DNA of 63,872 nucleotides, counting the filler, from Sphacelaria rigidula (taxonomy: Eukaryota): assembly GCA_964200075.2 (NCBI GenBank). It is 11 parts of 11 records of this genome, joined end to end, with 100 filler letters (N's around TTAATTAATTAA, not from the genome) between each part and the next. Parts side by side here need not be neighbours in the genome. Positions count along the whole stretch, not along the records: positions 52,343 to 58,057 come from CAXNAA020025027.1; positions 58,158 to 63,872 come from CAXNAA020025028.1; 9 more parts are not named here. One strand, 5' to 3'. Position 1 is the first letter of the stretch, and each line of letters opens with the position of its first letter. The position numbers were made by a program, and so were the translations under genes. Shown here piece by piece: positions 52,491-63,872 of the stretch. The notes under the pieces are model-generated. The model saw only the letters and a program-made list of their open reading frames with translations. It ran no database searches and was not told where the DNA came from.

Positions 52491-55386
52491 TGTGATCAAG
52501 TAATCTCTCGACGGATACATGTAGGAAAGTTCCCTCCTAGGGCCAACTCTAATGGGAGCCGTTCAAAATTCCCGTTGAAAACTGCTTTTTGGGCCGTTCT
52601 CCGTCGATTTACGAAAGAGGGCTAGGCAGATGTTGACCCCTTGGAATGACTTACTCTACTCGTTGAGACCGTTTCTTCTTACTGAATATCCGCCTAGCCC
52701 CCTCTTCAGGTGTAAATCGACGGAGAACGGCCCAAAAGGCAGTTTCCGACAATAATTTCGAACGGCTCCCATTCGAGTCGCTCTGATATGCTGTAATTCC
52801 TGCATTGCTGCTTGAAGCGAAACTCAAAGCAGTGTGTTCGTGTAAGAAGCGACTCGAAGTACTCTACCTGGTAATCTTACGATCGCACAAAGCACTGATA
52901 TATCATGTCTTGCCGAGGGGACGGTACGTTCGCTTCAAAAGGAATGCCGTTAAATGCATGCGGAGGGACTACAGTACATCTGCCGCACGCACTGGTGGGT
53001 ATGTTTTTCGTCTGAGTACAACACGGTGTTCGTCACCCCCGAAAGAACACGATGCCGTGGAGTCAACAGCGATTTCAATGGGCATTACGAAGAATAGTAT
53101 CAACAAAGATGGTTGCATGCGGCGGTAGGGTACTCCTGTAGTCATGTCCTCGAAGGCTTCCGCCTCAATGTTGCGTGTCAAAAGGAACAAACCAAGTACA
53201 AACTGGAACTAAATATTTTTTCAAACCTGGTAAACGTATATACCATGTGCAATTTATATATAATGTACATGAAAACTCCCGCATAGTAAATTCCGGTGTG
53301 ATCTTCAGAGAAGGGATCACATCAAATTCACCACATATATACTGTATTGACGTCGATGCACTGGCGATGTACATACACATCAGCGAAGTTTGCCAGCAAC
53401 AAACGGGCTCATATTTTTCCCCAAGAGAGGAAGTGTGGTCCGCAGTAACCCCGATCCCACGGAGAACACATCCTCAAAGTACCGAAACACACCCTTTCGT
53501 ACGATATCATTTCAGTTCCTGGCATGCCACAGCAGTCCGGTGTTTTCATACTGGTATTGATCCATTATTTTGAAGAATACTCTTATATAGCATCAACGTT
53601 TCACACGGCATGGGGAATATATTTGATGGCATACTTCCACGAGTGACAATTTTTCTCTTTCAAGAGTTTGTCCCACCTTCTCGACGGATCGAAGAGTCAT
53701 TCATGTTCATGTACCCGAACACTGACCTCCCACAACCACCACCGCGATACTGTACGACGATAACTGCCATCATAACGCCGAAAGACACAAAATCCATTTC
53801 CATGCCTCGTACAAGTAACTTTGACTCTACAAAAACGGTCACGTCAGCGACATGAGTTTGTCAACAGTTTGGGGACCAATTTCTGAGACATAAACAAAAC
53901 ATGCGGGACTGTCCTCCGCCGGCTGTAGCGGAGACACGGTACCGCAGGCCCTTCACGACCACAGGAACTCCAAAACACCAAACACAACCTGTCTATCGTC
54001 TCCTGGAAATCGTGTGAAGTGCTACCTGCATATACAAGTCTTAACTGGCACTGCAGTGCAATGGCTGAGGGCTGATTTACTTGCGAAGGCGGCAAAAGCT
54101 AATCTTTCGGGTTCTACGACAAAACATCAAAAGCGGGGATACCGCGAGTCACGAACACTATGACAAGCAATTTGTGAAGAAGGGTCGATATACATACGCG
54201 AAGGGTACGTAAAGCATTTTGTTTTTTTTCTCGCGATGTGCTGAATGCTCAAGAAAAATGATCGTGTATTTTACTACAACGCGTGATCTTTGCCAAAATC
54301 CACTCAGAACGGACGTGGAGAGAGCGGGCGTTGGGCCCCGCCCCCTGCCCCATGCGGGGTGCCTATGGGCACAAACAGTCAAAATCGTTGTTGAAACACA
54401 GTCAATTCGCTTCTGATGCTCCGCCTCAGGTCACAATTACAGCGCACGAGCAAACGACACGCGAAAATCACCACAAGAAAATTTACAGGCAAATTTTTGC
54501 TGAAAATCCTCGCATACATGTCCCCTCCCCGGTGGACGGCGGAGATATTGACATAATCAAACGATCGAACTAAATAACTCAACACTTCTTCGGACGTGCA
54601 AAATGTCCACCTGGGGACACGCGCCGTACATTCCTCGACAATACCAACAGACGCGAGAATAATTAAACCCTTCGACCCTACAGTACAGGTTATCCACCAC
54701 ACACGAAACTGTGAAACCCTCATGTGCTGGGTTTCAATCGACTCTTGTGTCACCACCGACTCGTAAAACATCCGGAAAACGCCTCTTTCATGCCGCCACC
54801 ACTCGACGCATCACTCCTGTCGGGCATTCGACTGCCGTACCACCTCTACTACCTGAGATCACTGCACTTATCGACAAGACGTACAAGGGTAAGGCGCCGC
54901 ACTACGGCGCGCCCTCTCAGCACAAGTTATACTTGAGCGCAGTAGAGAAAGGGCCCACCGTCTTCTGCAAAACCAAACTTTTTGACCGAAGTGGGAACAC
55001 GCGAAGTGATTCCACATACACTCGAGCGTGAAGCGACGCGAGATTTCATCACGGCGGCCGGCCGCGAATTTGAGCAAACCAGCTGTTGAAAATGTTCCGT
55101 GGATCGACATCGTGGTTCACTCATACTATCAACAGAAAGAAAAAAAGAACTGCCCGATGTCTCAGGTATGGACCACCACGTAGTCGCGGGGCTTTCTGTA
55201 CCTATCAAGACATCACCAAATTTTTCAACCAAGCCCTTCATTATTTACCAATACTTCCTATTATATGTTAAGAGCATCAACCCTCCGCCGTTTGCCCGCC
55301 AGGGGAGGTCCTCTGTTGAATCGGCAACATTTTCGCATAAAATATAACCCGAAAGACCTAGATGATCCACCCTGGCGGTGGAAGGG

Positions 55387-55494
55387 TTATACAGCGGCCG
55401 GCGCAGCGTTCATCCACTCATGGGCCAATACCTGTTCCGGCAAAGGCCTGTCTTCTGCCTTGTAGGCCATCATGCGTCGCACCAAATCGGCCGC
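55387..55494 (-). CDS. Last exon of the kinase (subdomain XI and stop)
   Basis: cag|AADLVRRMMAYKAEDRPLPEQVLAHEWMNAAPAAV*. Too short to appear in the ORF track. Confidence 0.9.
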   Translation of the reverse strand, partial: AADLVRRMMAYKAEDRPLPEQVLAHEWMNAAPAAV

Positions 55495-55961
55495 CTGCTC
55501 ACGACGCAACATCAGAGCAGGAGGGAGAAATAAACGCGAGAGAAGTTTGTAGTGTTTGCCATCAGCACACTCGATATATCAACCGGTCAGATCTCTTGGA
55601 GGGCGGTGTACTCATGATCTTGCCTGCCGTAGCATATGACCATTGACTCCACCCCCCCACAAAGCAGGGAAGGAGCATGCCGGGTTTTCGCCGGACCAGG
55701 CTCTATTGGAGGAGGGGGGGGAGGGAACTCCGGCAACTAGAGTGCCGTGACACCCTAATCCTCCCCGTGTGCACGGAAGAGGGTGAAACAAGATGAAAAA
55801 TACGCAAATCTTCCACCCCGACCGCGAAATTTCACGCAGACAAACGAAACGCCAACAAAATCTCAGGGACCCTGAAATTTCGCCAAAATAAGATCAATAA
55901 GAGAAAAGACCCCCTTTCAAAACCATTTCGCAATATGTTCGACGATCGCGGCTGACGTCAC

Positions 55962-56141
55962 CTTATTGTCCATCGGTGGTGCCCGGAAACTTCGCAGCAG
56001 CCCCTGAACATCTCCGTTCCACACTAACCGGCGGAAGTGATTGTCCACTCTCGTCGCGCTTTGAAACGGCGGAAATCCCGTGAGCATCATGAACAGCATT
56101 GCTCCCGCCGCGAACACGTCAACCTTTACGCCGTCATACTC
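55962..56141 (-). CDS. Ser/Thr protein kinase exon, subdomains IX-X
   Basis: cag|EYDGVKVDVFAAGAMLFMMLTGFPPF...PPMDNK|gtgacg, 180 nt, phase 0. Confidence 0.95.
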
Positions 56142-57517
56142 CTGTCGGGAAACAGAACACGGGAAAAAATCATATATATATATATATTATATATATATTA
56201 TATATATAATATATATCGTAACGCACCATCAAAATTGTTTTATCGTTGTGTACAGTTGTATCTCTACAAGCAATTCGCCAGAGGCGAGGACGAGGGAGGT
56301 GGATACACCTTCGAGGGGCTGGCTATTCGAACGTCGTTTGCCGTAGATATTCGGCCAACTACGCGCAAGATGCCAAACGTGAACCCCGGATCGAGAAATA
56401 AAGCTTGTCGAGAAGACTACATTGGTGTATCGACATACACGACATCTTGTCCTTGGGTGTGGTGCGCGCAAACAGAGAGGGGGTGCTCGACTATGATGTC
56501 GGGGGTAGGTCAGCCGCCGACGAGATATTGTTCCGAAATAAGGTCGGGTGCCCAAGCGGCCGAACAGCACAAACCACAACGCTAAATGAACGTTGACCGC
56601 TTCTAGTAGCGACGTCACAAATCACACCATGAAACCGAAATCCTCCTTGCGAGTTTTCGCCCAACGTCATGCTTGCTGTTTGCCGTGTGCTCGAGACGTT
56701 ACTCGACCGCGGTGGACGCTGCAGAATGATCCATATCATTGTTCGCGTCAACTTTCACTGCCCCGGACGTGGCCTCATCACACACAGACCACAGAAAGAA
56801 AAAAAAAAACTGCCCTGTGATGTCTCCTCGGTTGAGGTGATATATATATATATATATACAGTGCTATCCTGTGCTGCTCGCTTGCCTGCAACACCAAGAG
56901 CACGCGAAACAGTCAAAGAGTACCGGTGGCAAAAACAACAGGCTGGCTTCCCGAGTGTTGCATCGGGCACGCGGAAGCTCCGCAAGACCGAATCTCAAAC
57001 CCTCAACCCCGACCTCACCGGTTTTGGGATATACAAGGGCCAACGGGAGGCGGCGGCGGCCGGCTATCTTATCACGTGGGTAGGGTAAACGCCGAACCGA
57101 TCCTCTTTTAAAAATATGTCCACGACGGAGGGGTGCTGAAATCTCGTCATGACTGACCTATTCAATCTTGACGTTTTTCGATTGTAGATGCATGGGTTGC
57201 ACATATCGAGGTCAAGTCGAGGGATGAAGGTCCACCTGGCAAGCACGCTACGCGCTGCGCTCTGCGCTCTCCACCCCGTAACGGGTGACCAACATATCTA
57301 ATCAACGGTCTAACCGCGACCGAAACCCACTTGATTGGTCAAGTACTCGGCCACGTACTACTGTACTTCAGCACAGACCAGTAAGTCACCACGATACCGT
57401 GCGGCGAATTCACCATCAAGCATCAAACGCCCCCTCGAGCCCCCCTCGCTACTTCTCGTAACTCGCATTTGTTCGTCCCGCACTCCCATCTCAACGCAGG
57501 AGAAAATGATTTTTCAC

Positions 57518-57721
57518 CTTCTCCTTGAACGCTTCCGGGGAACAGTAAGACGGCTTCGCCCTCCTCTTGTCCGGCACGGACATAAACCTCCGTCCGTGCT
57601 CATCCATCGGCATGGCGACGCACATGCCGAAGTCAATGATGAACGCGTTTGCTCGAGCTGTATCCACCAAGCAGTTCTCCAGCGACATGTCAGCGTGACA
57701 TATCCCGCGCTCGTGCATGTA
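57518..57721 (-). CDS. Ser/Thr protein kinase exon, subdomains VIa-VIII
   Basis: cag|YMHERGICHADMSLENCLVD...FIIDFGMC...KPSYCSPEAFKEK|gtgaaa. Confidence 0.95.
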
Positions 57722-58699
57722 CTGTTTTTGACGCAAGGACGGAAGAGAGACCACGGAGAGAAGCACAGCCTCTTGGGGTCAGTCCATGAGCAGGTATGCA
57801 TCTGTAGCCGCGCATGATGAGCCATACTATACCCATATGCGGCGTTTGGAAAATGACACATTTTACGAAAAAATAGTGCAGGTCACGCATACCTAGACTG
57901 TTCACAGTCAGTACCACAGCAGAACGGTACAGTCGTAGTATCTAACCCCCTCACTGACAACTGGCGGTATTTGGGGCCTTGAGCCTCGCCCGTAGTCGGA
58001 CCCTGTGTTCATTTCTACTTGTCGCGCGTAGAGTTGAAAAACCGAGTGCCACCACCTNNNNNNNNNNNNNNNNNNNNNNNNNNNNNNNNNNNNNNNNNNN
58101 NTTAATTAATTAANNNNNNNNNNNNNNNNNNNNNNNNNNNNNNNNNNNNNNNNNNNNTTCACTGATTGACCGCTTTTCACTCTCAATCGTATCATCTACT
58201 CTCAATATCACGAAAACACTGTTAGCACTGTTTTCGAGTTGAAACTCATTAAAATGTTGAACCTCAAAAACGGATCCAGGCTGTTCATATTTATTTTCGG
58301 TTCGGACTTTTGAGTCGTTTCCTTTTTGTGCGTTTCGAGGATGAGACCAGTCTGGAAAATACATTTTCCGTTTTCGGTTGGATTTGAGGTCTTGAAAGAA
58401 GCCGTTTGGAACGACACGTCTCATTTCCTGTCTGGATAATACTCTCTTTATTCCTTGGTTGGATTCGAGGTCTTGAAGGAGGCAGCTTGGAACGCCGCGC
58501 CTCATATCCTATCAGAGTATATATGCATATAAATAAATATACAAGTATTTCCTTGTCTGCCACGAACTGACATTAATCGTGGGTGCTGCTATATACTGCT
58601 GTGAAGAATCACGGGGGGGGCGGGGGGCGGGGGGGGTGATTATGCACTCGGGAATAATGTTGTAGCAGGGGGGCTGGGGGGCTGTTGAGCATTCAGTTG

Positions 58700-61000
58700 A
58701 GAGTGTTATGATATTCAAGTAACATGATAGAAAGTAAATATTGGGAAACGTTTTGCTTCGCGTCTTCACACGCTGAGGGTTCTACTTTGCCGTGTACTGT
58801 TTTGCTTTCATCATGTATTGAAGGATGTTTTCTTCTCACATATTTTTGTGAGTCATCGTTGAGGCTTTTGTGCTTCCGAAACCTGGTTAGAATTGCTCAA
58901 TATATTGAAAATGCGATTTCGTCTGCGGATTCTGTCTTGATGCATTGCCGCCTTCCCCAGGGAAAGAATTTTGGTACATCTTCATGTTATGGGCACATAA
59001 CCACAAGGTTGCGGGTAAATGCCAAAACTATTTTTCTGTTGGAGTGTTGTTTTCGAGTTGAGAATATTTTCCCCGGAAAAATGTGGTATTCGGCGCGGAT
59101 TAAGAAGTTATTGAGATGGAGTGAAATTTGGTGGAATATCTTCTTGAGGGGGCTGCTTGTTTTTGAATTGGTTTAATTTTCAATGTTTTTGATATCTTCC
59201 AGAAAGTGTTTTGAATTGAAAGATCTGGGAGATTAAAGATCGATGTGAAGGAGGAAATTATGGTTTGACTGATTGTTGTTTATTCATGACAATTCTTGAA
59301 CGTGTTCGTAATCATTATCCCCTTCCGATTAGGGGGGCTGTTCGGGGTACTCGGAACAAGATAATGATCTACGGGTAGTAGCCAGGGAATTGTATTGAGG
59401 ATGACTATAGGATCGGGGAGCACAGTCAGTACTTGTGCCTGTCTGTCCTTTTCACTTCTCCTTCTCTTGAGTGATCCTCTCTGGAGCTCTCCTCATCTGC
59501 TAATACAAGGAGTTGAATCAACCTTATATATATATTTATATACTTCTGCGCATCAGTGCTGTCTGGCGTGTTGACGTAGTCCACACACCTGGTTGATAAG
59601 CACGTGATGCCGGAGTTCTTCTCGAGTCATGGGAAAATTCGTATAGGATAGGGTGTTTCCCACCTGTGAAATCTCGCATGTTTGCAGCTGTGAAACGCTT
59701 CCATCGATACAATTTCTTGGACACCAACGACGGCGCTTCACTTCTAATGAAAGTATTTTTTCTTTTATCGTTCGAAAGACAATCGAAATAGCCCCGGAAC
59801 AAGTATTGATGACACCCGACGGAAGTCGATGAAAGCTCCCCCTCTCACCTAGTGCGAGTCGTTTTGAATGTACGGATGGATATACATATTACTTTAGACG
59901 CCGGAGCAACAATGCGCGACAAGGCAACGTACGGGACGTTTCAACAGACAAATAAAAGCCTCAGTTGGTTGTTCTTGCAAAACGTTCCCGGGGCAAAGGC
60001 TCGATTCTGTGTTAGGGAAGAATCGACGATTTTGTGCAGAAGCGGGAAGAATTTTCCCAGATGATTATAGTGATTGCAGTATCTAGAAGCCATTTCAGAA
60101 CAAATCGACATGCAAGATTGCCTGTGTGATGAACCAGGTGAGTCAGTTCAGTGTGGGAGAGGCAGTAAGGTACAAGGGCAAGTGCATCCACGATGAAGTG
60201 ACAAAAATAGTGTCTGGGTTGAAGTCGAGGGTTATGAGATCCGGGAGACGGCTGTGGTGCAACCACCAGTTGGTGACAGCATCGCGAATCGATGTTGTCT
60301 GAGATTCGTTTACGGGGTACAAGCGGCGTCACCAAGTCACCAAATCAGGACGGCATCACCGAATCACGAAATCAGGCCGCCGGGGCAGGCGGACAGGGCA
60401 AACACAAGGTTATGGGGAGAGAATCGACACATCCCCAAGTCTACCCTCCTATAAGGATCCCACATCTACGTTCGTGGAGTTGATACACGGGGATAGTTCT
60501 GCGTCAGTTCCAGGCGTTGGCAGTTCTTTGCCAGCAAGGCGGATCGTGTCGAGTTGAACCGAGGTTACAGTAATGAGCCTTTGATACCTCGGACAATTGC
60601 GTTGGATAAGCAGGTTGTTGAATTGAGCGACTTTTGAACAACGTGGGCAGTCGCGTCGATGGGATCGAGACTAAACTGGACGATACCAATGCAGGTGTAG
60701 AAAGCTCGGCGATGCAGTGATGCAGCTCGCGAACAACGCGGCGGTTCGTCTGGTGAAGGACGTGTTGAACCGAGGAGTGTTGAACCGGCTGGCCTCCCGG
60801 CGCTGGCTCAATTACACCAGCGGCTACGGCAGGTCGCATGTATCTGATGATGTCGCACCGGCGTAGCTACGCCGTCCGGCTGTGGTGCGGTCAGGCAGGC
60901 TGACTGCACGATAAGAGTAGCCTGGCGCGCTAGCGGGGACGACAGGGCGAAGTTGCAGGCGCTGGTTTGGATGATAATGGACACTGCACCCAGATGGGAG
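58700..61000 (-). mobile_element. Probable highly decayed LTR-retrotransposon relic (Gypsy-like gag/protease), likely intronic
   Basis: Strand-biased coding-like composition with many stops. FRGYFDCLSND...TFIRSEA at about 59740-59800 resembles a decayed retropepsin active-site region. Confidence 0.3.
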
Positions 61001-61375
61001 CCAACGGTCTGATACGTGAGGAGTCACACTGTTTTTGAACGGGTGATTCATGAGGTTTTCCCTACCCCCCCCCCCCAAGCTGGGTTGGGGGCGGGAGTGC
61101 ATAATGTGACGAAATTCGAAAGCAACTGCACAAAATTTGAATTTTCGGAAGGTGTGTACAGCCCCACTTGAAAGCTTAACCCCATTTTCCAGGATCCTCT
61201 GTTAATCACACATGTTGTCGACACATTGCTCTTCTCCGGTGTACAGGCTCTGAGGTGCCACCCCCCCCCACCCCGTCGTAGGCCCCCGCCCCGGCACTTG
61301 CCCTCTAAGGTGCAAGCACTTCGAGTGAGATCCTACCTGCAAGATCTTCGAGGAAGTTATCGAGATAAAACTTAC

Positions 61376-61535
61376 CTGCATGTATTTATCGGCCACAACA
61401 CTAGCACTTGCGGGGTGCGAGTTTCCCAGAATTGTCATATCGAGGGGAGTCACAACAATGACGCGGTCGTAGAGTGCCGTCTCCTTTAGAGCGGTGGAGA
61501 CACGGTGCATGCAGGGTACCAAGGCGTCCCCGTAT
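61376..61535 (-). CDS. Next exon of the GH17 glucanase
   Basis: cag|A YGDALVPCMHRVSTALKETALYDRVIVVTPLDMTILGNSHPASAS...MQ|gtaagt. In phase, and matches the LVPAM....AL...L...IKV.T.....L..S.PPS segment of GH17. Confidence 0.85.
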
Positions 61536-62590
61536 CTGCGCAGATTTGGGGCGATTTAGGAGGGAGGGACCCCGGGGGCGGGGGGGAGGGGGGGGTAGGT
61601 CAGGCGCCAGGTTTCTCTGATATGAGGCAGCGTATACTTGAGCGATTGAGCGATTATTCCCTGTGGCTAAGCGCCTATTTATACTTCGCCGGAGGTGTTT
61701 GGAAAAAGAATTCGCCCGCTCTATCTACGGCGTTCTCCCCTCCTTGACAAGTAACGTTTCATCTGCTCGTACAGCATGAGGGACGATGAGAGTTTCCGAG
61801 GTGCACAGGAGTCAGCTCTCGAACAGGCTGCTACACAGGGTGATCAACGATGAAAACGAATTTCAGTGAGGGATGGCGGGAGGGGAGGTTTGCAGGTTCG
61901 CACAGAAGAGCGCTACTTCGTATGCGACATGTTGGTGATGACAGCTGCCAAAACAAGAGTGTGCTATTGCAGCGCGCGGATCGGCTGGAACACATAACAA
62001 GCAGTATAGCAGCACTTGATGTTGACCACCGATGGTACGTGAGCTTGATGGCGTCGCCCACCCCGACCAGTTATTATTGGTGGGTTGGGGAATGAAGACG
62101 GAGCGAACGCATGTACTCTTGTGATAGTACGTCGAGCAAGTGCATCGAATGGTAAGGTAAGTGCATGACAATGGCTGCGGGAACTGACCCCTTGTTGAGA
62201 GGTGAAGTATTCGGGGACTTTTAGTAGTAACCGCGTGCTTGTGCACAGGTGGGAAGAAGAAAACGGAACACAACCTGTGAGACACCGACCGACAAAAACA
62301 TCCGTAAAAAATCAACACACAAACGCTTCGGACGAATCGTGTCACGCGCACAGCCTTTTTCATGACAAGAGCACGGCGTCACAATGCTCTCACATGGTTG
62401 TGGGCAAAAGCGTGTATGGGGCGTGTAAACTTAAGCTCCCACAAACAAGGGAATGCATCACCTACCTAATATAGAACGCTAGTATTCCAAAATCGAGTAT
62501 GACTGCTGTGCATACTTTCCTTTGCACAAGAAGCACTCGCTGTGTATAAATTGACCCTTACAACGTGCCTGATGCACACAACTCGCCCAC

Positions 62591-62757
62591 CTTTCCACGT
62601 GCCACGGTGCGAGTACTTCATTTCCCACGGCCAGGTAGATCTTCTTGTACACAGGGCACTCCCGGAGCGCCTTCACGATCGGCGCAAGCTTGTCTTCGAT
62701 CCAAGCGACCCAGTCATGCACAGTCAGCATTTCCTCGTTGGTTGCATGCACCATGAC
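62591..62757 (-). CDS. Exon of a glycoside hydrolase family 17 endo-1,3-beta-glucanase
   Basis: cag|VMVHATNEEML...WVAWIEDKLAP...KIYLAVGNEVLAPWHVE AG|gtgggc, containing the AVGNE acid/base motif. Confidence 0.85.
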
Positions 62758-63276
62758 CTGAAGTCGTCAGACGTCCGGGGAATAACACAGTGATTGATCG
62801 ATTGATTGTCGCTCATTAACAACTACTGGATCCTCGAGGGGTCCGGCGGTGGTGACGAGATAGACGTGCTGTGCTCAAGGCAGTATGTAGACGGAGCGGA
62901 AACACTCGCTGAAGGCAACTCTAGACAGGGGTAATATCAAAGAAGATGTATCAAGCAGTGTTGAGCAAAACAAGCGAGAAAAAAAGAAGGAGTATTCCCC
63001 GGTAAGCTAGGGATATACACAGTCTATTAGAGGAGTAGGGCAGCGGCCTGAAAAACGGCGTAGCTTACGGGTTTGACCCTCCTTCGGAAATGATTGTCAG
63101 CGACAATTCAAGATGGTCGTCGCGAACAACCTGGCTGCTTTTCTTTTTTTCAGTGCGGTGTAGCGCCGTCGGCACAACGGCCACTCCCGTACCATCTAAT
63201 GCTGGCGGCGAGTCGGGAAGCACGCCGCGGACGCTACTTATAGGGCATCTACATGTGTAAACAAATGCCGATATAC

Positions 63277-63484
63277 TGTAATGCGTGGGAGGGACTCGTG
63301 TCGTTTGGACCGCATCGGAGTTTAAACACCCCCATGGTTAGGGTGAGGGTTGGGGTTGGGGTTAGGGTCATAGGCAGGCGCGGTCCCTGCAGGGTCTAGC
63401 CCGAGCGGTAGTCAGTAACGTCGATCCTGGGGTCTTCAAATTCCAATGCGGCCCAAAAAGCACGCGGTCCTCCCACGCATTACA
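63277..63484. mobile_element. 208-bp TIR element with internal telomere-like (TTRGGG)n repeats, TGT...ACA ends and a 4-bp TSD
   Basis: atac|TGTAATGCGTGGGAGG...CCTCCCACGCATTACA|atac, ~55-bp imperfect TIRs, internal ggttagggtgagggttggggttggggttaggg. Confidence 0.9.
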
Positions 63485-63645
63485 ATACGGTTCATTGGAA
63501 TCGTGACGAATCTATACCCGACACTTGCACTCGACGTATGCATTGGAAGAACATTTTTGGAATGAGGATATTATGGGTCCGACGTGTGATCATTACCCTC
63601 CTAACGTACAGCGGCGCATCGGTGAGATGTTCCGATGGTCGATTC

Positions 63646-63872
63646 TGTAATGCGTGAGAGGACCGCGTGCTTACGGGACCGCGCGGTAGTTTAAAACACC
63701 TCAGGATCGACGGTTTTCAAAACCAATCGGGTCAGTGCCTGGAGGTATCACGCCCCTGACCATAACCCCAACACTAACCCTAACCCCAACCCCAACCCCA
63801 ACCCTAACCCTAACCCTAACCCTAACCCTAACCATAGGGATTTTCAAATTCCGATGCGGTCCTCTAAGCACG
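63646..63872. mobile_element. Second, oppositely oriented copy with a longer (CCCTAA/CCCCAA)n tract, truncated at the contig end
   Basis: Begins TGTAATGCGTGAGAGGACCGCGTGC. About 12 telomere-type hexamers at ~63763-63833, then right-TIR sequence ttcaaattccgatgcggtcc. Confidence 0.88.

Noticed and set aside
63763..63833. True chromosome telomere
   Set aside because: The tract is short, mixed with CCCCAA, flanked on both sides by TIR sequence, and C-rich on the + strand at a right-hand end (wrong polarity).

Overview
This is not one continuous locus. It is 11 unrelated eukaryotic contigs of 5,716 or 5,715 bp, sorted by length and joined by artificial 100-bp spacers (N44-TTAATTAATTAA-N44). Contig spans: 1-5716, 5817-11532, 11633-17348, 17449-23164, 23265-28980, 29081-34796, 34897-40612, 40713-46427, 46528-52242, 52343-58057, 58158-63872. 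Short exons in long repeat-filled GT-AG introns, an HxDMSLEN-type kinase and TTAGGG repeats suggest a stramenopile, probably a brown alga (inference). Recognisable gene fragments are a head-to-head RBM39-like / PA-domain (RNF13/RMR-like) pair, a tail-anchored LON-substrate-binding-domain protein, RCC1-repeat exons, a non-RD Ser/Thr kinase (3 exons), a GH17 beta-1,3-glucanase (2 exons) and possible gamma-tubulin-complex exons. Mobile DNA includes a decayed Ty1/Copia element, relic gag, protease and possible tyrosine-recombinase pieces, tRNA-derived SINEs and many palindromic MITEs. The most unusual items are: (1) a TGT...ACA, 4-bp-TSD MITE family carrying telomeric repeats; (2) a large foldback built from hairpin-containing ~235-bp units with a nested MITE; (3) a putative membrane-anchor segment inside the Copia Gag-Pol. 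I found no CRISPR array or prokaryotic-type system.
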